Under the pieces are notes generated by a model, which searched no databases, was not told the DNA's origin, and saw only the letters and a list, made by a program, of their open reading frames with translations. From assembly GCA_964234715.1 (NCBI GenBank), contig OZ174280.1: 64,000 nucleotides of DNA. The stretch is one strand, 5' to 3'. The translations under genes and the position numbers were made by a program. The first letter of the stretch is position 1. Every line of letters starts with the position of its first letter. Shown one piece after another: positions 25,452-37,400 of this stretch. The DNA is from Podarcis melisellensis. Taxonomy: Eukaryota.

Positions 25452-28400
25452 CAAGCTGATTGACAGGCATGCTTTTGGTTTCCACGCCACTCTCCCCAAA
25501 GGAACAGCTGGGATGCCAGTGAGGGAGGAGGCTATGCCAAGGAACACAGGGAGGGGACAGACACTCTGCGTCTGTCCGAGATGGGAAGAGCTGGGAGGGA
25601 AGCATCAGAGGCAGAATCCAAACCATTCCAGGCTGTTTGGGAGGCAAGGCACCAGGAGTCATGCTGAGCTCTGCTGATCTTGACTAGGCCACCCAGGAGA
25701 GAAACCACACGTACAACCAGAATGTAGAGGAAGGGTGGGGAACACATTCAGGCCAAACTTTGAAGCCACAGGCGAAGATGGATCCCAAAAATTAGAGGAG
25801 TCCTTCATCAGACGGTCTTTAAGTACAAAGCCTCTTTTTAAACAAGTGCCAGGAGATGGTTTTGTGCCATGTGATGGCCAGGACAGAAATATGCAGAGAG
25901 GGAGAGAGAGAGAGAGAGAGAGAGACCCTTTCAACAGCCTTGTTCTTGTCATTGCCCAGGATGAGTGATAGTAGGAAGTGGACACTGGGAGCCTTATTTA
26001 TTTATTAACAACGTTCGGAGCTGAAATGACAATACATCTGCAAGTGTTGTGAAGAAGGGAAGAGAGGGAGATATTCCTTGTAATTAGGGTTAATTTGGAA
26101 CAGGACAATCTGAAGCTTCAAAGGCGAATGAGGAAGCCTCAAATTCCAACACCCTAATTAACCAGGGAGCAACATGAAAAGACAAGGCAAAATGAGAGAA
26201 GCTGCCAAGTATGCTTTACATGGGGCACTCTCTTGTCTGATGGGGAGGGCGTTAAACTTAGGTACTGTCACTCTATGTGCCACAGCCTCCCCTCCCCCCC
26301 AGCTGCTCCTGCTTAACCCCCCTCCCCTCCACTGAGAGAGCAGCATTGTTTGATACAAAGTTGGGGGAGGGGATTCTGGGCTACAGCGAGGTAGCAACAG
26401 TGAGCATGTTAATGAGGAGCCCTATGCAAATTCTTTTTTACTCCAATTAACAAAGGAAGCCCTCTCCTTTTTCATGCAAAGGGTCCCTCTCCCTCCTGAT
26501 CAAACTCCCAATTGTACTGCTGCTTTGGCTTTGAGTATTAGATTGGATTATCCCTCATTCCACCCCACATGCATTGAACACGTACACACCTCAGATATGC
26601 TATATCTCACTCTCACACAGTGGCGTAGCGTGGGTTGTCAGCACCCGGGGCAAGGCAAGTAATTTGCGCCCCCTAACCCGTGGATTTGCGCCCCCTAACC
26701 CGTGGATTTGCGCCCCCTAACCCCCAGATGTTGCGGCCGGCCCCCCTGCACCCCCCACGCTACGCCACTGGTTGCATTCATGCCACCTTGAGATTTGTTT
26801 AATTATTGTTCTCATTTGACACCATTTATAACTTATTTTTGGCCCGTCTTACTGATATTTGGGTAGAATAATAAACTGTTTCATGTTTATGTCCCTGTGC
26901 ATCTGATTAAGAATGAACACAAATGGCCTTGCAAAATGCAGGCTATAAGAACCAGAAGACAAGCTTTATTTCAGACAGCAAATATGACTCAGGCACCCAA
27001 CAGACCCCTCCAGATCAGGAAAGCTGCATTTCGTGGAGTGGTGGTGATGTCGGGAGCAGAGGCATAGGGGGGGGGAGCAGAATCCTTTATTTGCTCACTA
27101 TTTCCTTGCTGGGACACAGGTGGTGCTGTGGCTTAAACCACAGGGCCTAGGACTTGCCGATCAGAAGGTCAGTGGTTCGAATCCCCGCGACAGGGTGAGC
27201 TCCCGTTGGTCGGTCCCTGCTCCTGCCAACCTAGCAGTTTGAAAGCTCTGCACATGCTCGCGGAGCCTCTTTCTCAGCTGCGCGGGGCTTCCTTCCCTGG
27301 ATCTGGTTTTCGTTGGAGGAGTGAGGCCGCGGCGCCCTCAAGCATGTGCAGAGGGCCGCGGAGAGCGCGGGCGGCCTTTCCCCTGCGCGACTCCGCCTCC
27401 GCCCGGGGTGGTTCCCCATCCTGGGTCCCTCCCCCGATGGCCGGGAGGAGGCGGGCAGGCGCGCTCGGCCGTGCCTGGCTCGGAGGACCAGCCTCCCTCG
27501 ACGGGGCGCTCGCGGGGAGGAAGGAGCGCGGTGCCGGCGCTGTCGCCGACTGGACTGCCGGCCGGGATCGCCCAGGGGGAATCGGCGCTCTGCACGTGCT
27601 CCGGGGCCGGCTGGCTGCTGCGGGGAAACTTCACGCACCGCTTTCTGAAGTACGGGCGACGCAGCCTCCGCGAAGGGCTCGGCGCCGTCGGAAGAGCCCT
27701 GCGTGGCCCGAAGCGTGCTGCACTGTCCCTCCCTCGCTCTCTCTCCGCACAGTGGGCGGCGACCTGGCAGCTCGGATTCGCACAGCCAGCACTGTGAGAG
27801 AGAGTGTGTGAACCAGGTAGGGGCAGAGAGCTGCGAGTGCGCCCCCCAAAATGTTGCGCCCGGTGCGGCTGGCACCCCCTGCACCCCCCACGCTACGCCA
27901 CTGCTCTCACAGCCTCCCCAGGAGCATTGAAATATCTCCAGAACAGCAGGGATGAAAACACTGGACCACATCCTTGTAAACATTAGGGTCTTCTTGTACT
28001 CAAGATTCCCAGGTTTCTTTAAGGAGAGGCTGCAAGCTCCATCCCATCAGTTGGCCCTTGCACTGTGTGGGGTCCGACAGACTTACACTGCCCCATCTTG
28101 CTAGACAAGCCAACTGTGTAGGACACTCCTCCCCTAGCAGGGCCTCTTTGGCTCAGAGGATGCCTCACACCATGCTCCCAGAAACACTCCCTGTCTCCCC
28201 ACAGAAGCAGAGCTGGGTACCAACAAGGGCAGCCGAAAAAGCAGAATTGGTTGGGAGCCAAGTGGAGAGATGCCCAGTAACCCAGAGCTGGCTGATCTAG
28301 GAACATCCCCACAGCACGTCCGGCAGGACTTGTGTCTAAAGGGCCTAGCCAATTTGCTTTTGCAAAAAGAGTCTGGGTTGCAAGCCTAGTGCAAGAGCAT

Positions 28401-31400
28401 GCCTGAAAGTACCGGTGCCAACAGGGCACTGGAGCAGAGCTTCATGGCGAGGTTATTCTGTGGAAGACTTTATTTCCTGCCACCCTTTCTCATTCCTGAG
28501 AAGCCACTCCAAGCCACACCCTGGGATTCACTATGACATCCTAGTCCTAGTAGATTCCAGAGTGCTGCTTCAGCCTGGCTACATGGTCAACTGCCCTCAA
28601 GGCAAGGGTCATCTCTTAACCCAGCTGAGAAATGGGTAGCTATGTAACTGAGGAGCAGGGGAGATCAATTACCTGGTGTTGACAAAAGCAACTTATCTCA
28701 GTTCTGGGTTGCACATGCTGACACCGTCTCTCCCTTTTCTCTACCCCTAGGTTCAGCAGAGCCGCTTCCCAGGCAGTGGAACAGGCCTTCAGAATTATCC
28801 CCATAATTACAGGCTCTTGGATAAATTGCTGGGCTGGGCACCTCCTCCCTCCCAGCTGGGCCACCCAAATGCAGCCCCCTGCTCTGTTTCCACACCAGCT
28901 GGGAGGCCCAAGAGAGCTTCAATTAAAAGAGACAGGATAGGGCTCTCCTCTTAAGGGCCCACCTGGCTTGAGAAAATCTGCGGACAATAAACTCCCCCCC
29001 TAAAGAAAACTCCAACCCTCTTCTAGGGTAAAACCTCCTCTCAACCAATTTAGCGCTACCATACTGGAGTAATCTGTTATTAAAGCTTCATAGTTATTAT
29101 TATGGATATTTATGGTAGAAGGCAGAGATCCAGCCCCAAACACAAAAAAGAACTGAAATTTTGGTCTGACTGGGCAAGAGGAAAGCCAGGCCCATAGAAG
29201 GAAAGGGACTGGAATTTCTCCAGCCCCACAGCAGGGGCTAAGAAGGGAACAAAACCCTTATGCCCATCGCACCTGTGGGAAAACATCACCCCATAGACTG
29301 AACAGAAAGAGTAAGGGTGGCAAGTGAGCAGCAGACAAAGCTCTTGAGAGAATCCCTTTTCAGAGCCTTCGAAGACATTAAAAAGCCCAGCTTTTATTCA
29401 AAGCAGGATGCAATAACACAATATCCTGTCTCCAAAGCAATTCATAGTAGTTTTGCTGTGGACATAGTTTTGTTGAAGGAGGTGACTCACCCACCACTTA
29501 GTAATAAATACATAAAGGCATCCTAAAGAGGGTGTTGCTGCAAAGAGCGTTCCTTGCTAACATGCTGGAGTAGTTAAAGGGGGGGCAGGGCCCAAGCAAG
29601 TGGGCAGAAGTGGGCAGAAGTGGGACAGTGACTTTCCCCCTGGTGAAAACAGCAGCCGGGAGGTCAAGGCCACAGCAGGGACAAAGCGTAAAATTGCTAC
29701 CCCAAGCAGGACACCCCACCCACAGGTAAAGAAAAGCACACACAAAAGCCACTTATATAGTTAACACAATGTCTTCGTTTGTGTCAAAGAGATATACACC
29801 CTTTTACATAAGATGCTCTCTCAAGAGCCACAACTTCCAGAGTTCCTATGTTCCTGTTGACATTTCCTGTGCACACTCAAGAGAATCCAACACTGTTGTT
29901 GTTGTTTTAAAAATTATTTATAGTTTTCAGTTATTCATCTACTTTAATTGTATACTCTTATGAAATTGCAGGCTATTATAATAATCCTGCCAATGTCCTT
30001 ATCTGTTTACAATTTGTTTGTAAATATTTAATAAACCATTTCCATTCTTTTATAAAAAGTTTGTTATCTTGATTTCTTATTTTTTCCAGTAAGTTTTGCC
30101 ATGTCTGCAAAGTCCATAAGTTTTGGTATCCATTCTTCTTTCATTGAGACTTACTTTTCCATTTTTGGTCAAATAACATTTTTGCTGCTGTAGTTGCATA
30201 CATTAATAAATTTCTATACTGTTTTGGTAGCTCTATCCCATGGATAGGCAAACTAAGGCCCCGGGGCTGGATCCAGCCCAATCGCCTTCTAAATCCTCCC
30301 CGTGGGCGGTCTGGGAATCAGAGTGTTTTTACATGAGTAGAATGTATCCTTTTATTTAAAGCCTCTCTGGGTTATTTGTGGGGCATAGGAATTCATTCAT
30401 TTCTCCCCCCCCCCCAGAATATAGTCCGGCCCACCACATGGTCTGAGGGATGGTGGACTGGCCCATGGCTGAAAAAGGTTGCTGATCCCTGCTCTATCCC
30501 TATAATTCCCATAATAAAAGCTTCTAGTTTTTTGTTTTGTTTTTTTGAATGTTATTTTAAGCATCTTTTTCAATTCATTATATATCATTTCCCAATAAGC
30601 TTTAACCTTAACTGCAAGACCACCACATATGATGGTCTTTAAACATAAAATCCCAATAGACAAGAATCCAACACTTTTGGCATCTGACTGCCAGAAGGAG
30701 GGATGAACAAGCACTGTACCAACCAGGGACAGCAAAACAAGAGGTCTTGCTGGTCTCAGAACATACGTCAGCAAACATATTAGGCCTCTAGCCTTCACAA
30801 TGTGTAGAACTTACAGTAGGTCCATGACAAGGGAACACAGTGCCTATACAGCATTTAGTGTGAGATACACCCACCCACCCCCATATTGCCACATCTGGCT
30901 ATAAATACAAATCAGGCAGCCACTAATAGAAAGAGCCTCCTTAGTTCCCATTATTTATGCTAACATATTCCAATCAAGCCTCTAATTTTTCAAAATAGAC
31001 AAAGCCTTTTGTGGGGGGTTGGGAGAAGAGGGAGGGAGCAGCAGAGAGGAAAGAAGACTCGTGTTACAAATTTGTACCAGACCCCGAGAAGTGACACACA
31101 GATACTTGGTGGGGGCAGCCATTACAAGCACTATCCAATAGGTGTCTGTAACTCTCATGCCATGTTGTTCCATCCAGTATTCACAACAGAAGGGGGGGGG
31201 GGTCAAATATCATTTACTCAGCTAATACTGCAGCTTGAGCACTGGAAAAATGCAATATGCATGAAACAGAAATGCTTCCTTGAGGAAAGCTGTCTGTTTC
31301 CCATATATAACAAATGAGTAACAGCAGTCTCCACAAATCCCATGTTTTCCAAGGAAGGGAAATTCCAACATTTGCCTCCCCTTCTCTCTTTATTTGTGGG

Positions 31401-34400
31401 AGTGGGGGTGGAGGGGGTAATTCTCCAGAGAGAAAGGTGTGCAGGGGAACAGAAACTCAACCTTGAGTTAAAAAAACATTTGTAACTGTTTCGAGGTTGA
31501 GGAAAATATACACGGTCACTTTCATCACAAGGGGTTTTTGTACACATGGGCAGGAAACCTGCAGCAAGCCCACATAGGGCTGCTGTACTTCCTGGTTTGA
31601 TTCACATGGGCTTCCAGAGAAGCCCTTTCTGGAGTACAGAACAGGGCAGTTTGAATGTTACTGGAGCTATCTAGGGAAAACAATTGCCTTGATTCCATGA
31701 GTAGCACAACCCTATAATTTGCCCTGGGTTGGGTGTAAGTATTAATAAAAAGTATTGGGCCAGACCAAAAAAGGAAAGCACCTGGCATTAGCTTGTAGGG
31801 CAGAGAATAGACTCATGAGACCCTCCAGGGATGCAGTGACTAGAAGGCATTAAGAAACCTTTGTGTAATTAATCAACTCGACAAGAAGACCTTTCTCCAT
31901 GCATAAAACTGGCTTCCACCTTCAGTCTGCCCTCTCCATTCAATCTAGGCATTGTCACTACAAATAACAATGAAACACAGAGTTTGTTTTTACTCCTTGT
32001 ATTAACACACATAATGTTCCTTTGCACCTAACAGGAGATATCAGAGGTCATCAAAGGAGAAGGGACAAACAATCCAAGACCATGCCAAAAGATCATCTGG
32101 ATAAAGTGAGAGGATAGAAACTTGCCTCAGGAAGATTGTTAGGGTCCTGAAGGGTTATCCAAATGATTAAAAACAATCTCAGACATAACCCTTTAGTACT
32201 ATATTCACAGAAGTCATAATCCAGCAACAGTTGTGTGATATCCTGCTCAAACCTGTGACACCTGTGCAGCCACATAACATATTAACACTTCAAGTTGCAC
32301 TGGCCCTTCAAGCTAAGGAGATTTTCTCATTGAAACTACATTGTAGTTTGTGTTGGGAAAATAAAATAACCCTGAAACAAAAGCACTTCCTTGATGGAAG
32401 TACACAAGCAACAATTTCACATTTACTGCTGAAAAAGATTCTGGATTTGATTCATGAGACACAGATGATATAGAGTAAAATCTTAAATTCTAGCTACTTG
32501 CAGAAATCAAAACTGGAGGAGGAGAGGTTTCAGTACCTGAAAATGTGAACTAGGTGGTTTCTGTACAGAAACTAAGGTACAACAAATCAGTATCACATAA
32601 GAATTGACACCCATGATATTTACCTTGCATCCTTCTATCAAGAATTCTGAGTGAAAAGCATTTTCTGCTCCCAGTTGTGAAGGCAGCAGTACTGCACAAA
32701 GAGACTTAATATTTTTACTGAAAGCCACTTTAAGACAAATAAAGAAAATAAGGGTGTAAATTCCTTAAATAAATAATAAAGTCCAACATTGCCTGCAAGC
32801 AAGAGCAACAGCTAACTTTTTAATTTTTCAACATTTAATGCATGAAAACAGGGATACTAGTTTTATATTGAGGCGGGCCTGTTGTGACTTCAGGGGGTGG
32901 AAAGCTAGACATCAGCTGGGGCTCCACAGCAAAGACCCCACCAGTCCAAAAGTGTCTTGCCTAAGAGCCCCATAGATCTTGAGAGATGGGTGCTTAATGG
33001 TTTAAATAATTTCTATACTGTTTAGGTAGCACATGCTTAATATCAATTGGAAAATGGAGGCTAAAACATGGATAAATATATGCTGTAGATGCCTCTTGAC
33101 CATGCGTCCTCAGTATATTGTCCTTCATCCTGCCCTTACCCACTATCACTGCTGGAGATACAGAAGGATCTCATTTCAGTTGGGCAGCTGAAGCCCCAGA
33201 ATTTTAAGTGACTCACCCATGATCAGAAACCAAGAGACTAAATACAGTATAGGACTTTTGAGATTTGAACTGCTTGTGTTAATCTAGCACAAATAATCAT
33301 TTTATACTGAGAAGATTGACATTGTCGTAAGATATCTGAACATGACCCCATCGTGCTTCACTCAGCCACCTGAAGACAAAGGGCTCTGTCACTCACTGTG
33401 GCACTGTTCCGTGCACTGTTTAGTGTCCATATACGTTCCGTGCCTTATTTCCAAGGAGCTGGATTCACTTTTTGTACAAGATCACTTTTTGTACAAAACT
33501 TGTGCATACCAACTTACTTAAAAATAATAATTTTCTATACTTATTGTAAAAAACAACCCACAGTTTTTAGATTGACTTGCCTAAGATCCAGGACAAAGCA
33601 CCATTTAGTTCAGCATCTCGTTCTCATAGTGGCCAAGCAATCATTTGATTATCTACAGCTGAATGTGCAAAACTGCCTCACTATAAAAGTGCTTCCACAT
33701 TAAAGGGAAAGTATTTATGATCTGTTCTATTTCATTACTTGAATGAGTCTTAAGTTGTGACTAGCTTTTGCTGATTGTGCCCACCATTTCTGAATTATAG
33801 TGAGAAGGCTCAGAAGCTCTGCCTGTGATGTCTGATCTGTAATGGTGGTTTCTGTCATTATGAACTTCTATTTGAACTTATAATTTAACAGTCTTCCCTT
33901 TCTGAAAAATAATACTGTATGGAGGAAGCACCTTCTTATGGGGGACATGTTAACATTGCACAGTAAGCTGATCCCTGTATTTCAAATATCTTATAACCTC
34001 CATTTAAAATGCAAATCACAGACATTTAGGATAGGTAGAAGCTATGATGTTGGACATAGAAGTATGTGCAGCAGTAATTCTTGGTTGGCACTTTTAAATC
34101 GTTACTGTACCAGTGATGTTTCTGGTATTTTCATGGGATGGTGTAGCAGTAGCATTTGTATGCTAGATTTTTTTATTGTTATTGGTATGTTTTATATTTT
34201 ATATCATTATAATAATTAATAATAATTTTGTTATGTACACCCCACCCATCTGGATGGGTTCCCTCAGCCACTCTGGGTGGCTTACAACTTATCTAAAAAC
34301 AGCAGTCCTTAAAACTTTCCCTAAACAGGGCTACCTTCAGAGGTCTTCTAAAGTAGAGATTGTTGTTTATTCCATTTACATCTGAAGGGAGGGTGTTACT

Positions 34401-37400
34401 ACCGAGAAGGCCCTCTGCTTGTTTCATATTGCTTGTAAGCTGCTTTGAGACTGTTTCTCACCTTAGGCAACTAAGTAAATAATTATAATAATAAATAACA
34501 AAGCAAATGAAAACAAAAAAGTTGCCATGGATAAAAATATAGGGCTTGTTGTCTAGAAGAGAAAGGTTACCATATTCAGATCCACAGTGGATCTCATCTC
34601 TTTTAAAAAGCAAACTAGACTGAATGTGACAAAACAAGCTAGTGGGTGTATAAAAGAAAAGCAGGAATAATCAACTCCTGGAGGCCATGTGCTAGTGGTC
34701 AGGGGTAGGCTTCTAACTATAGCAGCCAAAGCAACAATATTAATCCTAGTCCAAGGTTGTTCTGCATTAGATGGAGCTTAGAGTGCAACTGAACAGCATC
34801 TGAACTGTTGTCTCTTAGGAACAATCCAGTTTTTTAAACATAGGAAAGTGTGTCTTTGTAATCTCAAGAGGGTCAGACTTGAATATGGGACCCATGAACT
34901 CCAGATAAAAGCATGGAAGCATTTTCAAGACATAGGTCTCTCTTACACATCTGTCTCTTCCAATATTCAAAGGATGCAGTTCCCCACAATTATTTGCTGG
35001 AGGGGAAATATAATGCTCTTAATGTATCAGTAAAGAACACGTTCCTGGCATCTGCTGAGATTCCATCCAATAGAAAACACATGCCTGTGGGCACCTCTAT
35101 ATAAGCCATGGTAACATCCCGGAAATCATATATCTTCCCAATGTGCTTATTTAATAAGCAGACTACATATTTTCTCATTCCTTTTATCATGTGCAAACAT
35201 GTGCACCCAATACTGCAGTGTACCTGCCACTTGTGTTTCTGTAGGTAGTACAAGACTGACTTGCTTGATTTTATTTCTCCATTTCCACAGCATTCACTGA
35301 ATTTTGAAACATGTTCATCTTTTGAGATATAATGACTATTGCAAGATACAAGTTTTACAATGCATTGTTTTCTCAATTATAAGGATATGTATGCTTTGAT
35401 AAATTCCAAAGGGATAGCCATGCTAGTCTGATACTGCAAACCTCCCCACAAAAATAACTTGTGGCACCTTAGAAACAGATTTATTATGGCTTATGTGAAA
35501 AGAAAACAGTCTATAAGGTGCCACAAAATTCTGTGTATTTCGACATCAACCCTTCAGAACATTTTTGGTCACCTTTCTTCTAGTCCAATGGGTGAAAGTA
35601 ATCTGGGGTAAAAAAGTATGATATTGATATATGTCCTTATGGGGTTCAACTTGACCTCCTATCATGGCTGTTTTGAGGGACCATAATCAAATGTTCCTGG
35701 AAACCTTTTATAGCTCCATCTTTTCAAAATGATAAAAATAAAATCAAGCCCTGAATCCAAAGGTTGAAGACACCGCCCCACCCCAGGATCCAGCTGGGAT
35801 TCTTCTGCTTACAGCAGTTTGCCAGAGACGAGGCTTCAGTTATCAGATACCAACAGCTGGGTGGACTCTTTGGGGCTGGGAGGAGCATCCTTCAAAGCCA
35901 GCATGCCGGAAATGGATATGGGGAACTCTCTGGATCCTTTTCTGCAACAAACCTACTTGGTGCTAGAACAAGGGCAGAATCTTGACTTCCAGAACAAAAG
36001 TTTAAATAAGGATTTAACAGAATGGACACAAGGAAACCAGAGTAACTTCGGGCTATGCCCTGTATCATCCAAGTATATATGAGCTTCCAGCTCAATAGAA
36101 AAGGTAGACATGTAAAAAAAGAAGCACTAAGGTCTATACAAGCCATGTCCAAAGTCCGTTTCGGGGGCCTAATCCGGACCGCCAGTCAGTTTAATCCGAC
36201 CCCTGTGGCAGTTTACCTCAACAACTTGAATCCTAAAAAAAGGTTAACAACTTTGGTCAGCCCTGACAACCCTTCATTTCATCAAATCTGGCCCTCTTTG
36301 AAAAAAGTTTGGACACCACTGGTCTATACTATAGGAACATTCCAATCTTTCCTGCAAGTCTCCCATTCACACTTTGCCCCAGCAAATGGTTGCAGACAGT
36401 GGACAGTTTTGCTTTCTAATCTCTTCCTTGTAGAGACTTGAGTAGAATATCCTTTGGGTTGCTGGCCCAGTTTATAAGGGCAGACTGAAATTAGTAGAAG
36501 TTCCTTTAAATTGGCCTTAGCCCCCAGAAACCTCAAATAGAATGGCAACTGATCTACATGGACAAATAACCATCTACTACCCAAGTTGAGTCACACCCTT
36601 GCTATCTTCCCACCTTTCTAAGGGCTCAATTGATGACAGTAAGAGGATGTAAGACCCAATTAGAAGGGAAACCTGGGCCTTTCACTTGCTGTTTTCTCTC
36701 ACCTTTGCATTATGAACCTGAGCAGAAAACATAATTTAGTTCAGTCAGAACTGAAGTTTGGGGTCTCTTATTAGACCATTTGCATGGACTTACAATGCTT
36801 GTGTGATCTGTGACACCACAAACTGTTCAAAGTTCATCGCTCCCACATTGTATCACCAACTACCCTGGTCACAAACAAAGCAGGACACTCCTCTCCTACT
36901 CTGCATGCCTGCATCCTAAAAGTCAGATGATTTGGGTCAAGTGGCATGGAAATCTTCCCCATCAGAGACTGCTCTTAAGAAGCCCAAGCCAGCACCACAG
37001 CCAGCTGATCAAGATTCTATAATTTCTGGTTTCTCCACAGGAGGGACTGTGTGGGTGAACTGTTTAGCTCTGATCACCTTATAAATGAGAAACCTCAGCT
37101 TAAGTAAAAGTATAGCTCTTAGGGTCAGTAAATCAACTCAAGTATTTCGAGTCAAGCTTCTCTTGAGTAGATGGAGCTTTAATGAAGGACACAGCACTCC
37201 CCACAGCTTGCAATATCTGATCTACATAGTTTAAGAAAGAAAGTGTACTAAAATGAAAGCCGTGTGCTCTTAAAGCCTCTGCTGCAGAGTTCCCTGGTCT
37301 TGGTTAATTGATCTTTGGGCTCAACTTCAGGGTGACAAAAGGTGGACCTAAACATCAACAAAATGTCTTGAGCAGTGGGTGCTGGCCTAGAGACTGCTAC

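Noticed and set aside
25249-25662. 137-aa ORF with a YI repeat
   Set aside because: The repeat is the translated (AT)n microsatellite; I could not assign the adjacent AT-rich sequence to any gene.
26662-26725. Short direct repeats as a CRISPR-like array
   Set aside because: Tandem units with no unique spacers, inside a eukaryotic MITE.
27111-27190. tRNA gene
   Set aside because: The A/B-box-like motifs belong to a SINE head; no complete cloverleaf is evident and SINE body sequence follows.
27206-27983. 201-, 250- and 158-aa ORFs as a transposase or nested gene
   Set aside because: They cross SINE, cargo and TIR junctions, are low-complexity GC artefacts and show no hAT transposase motifs.
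35400-35540. Hammerhead ribozyme in a Penelope-like fragment
   Set aside because: No CTGATGA...GAAA catalytic core is visible; that portion appears deleted.
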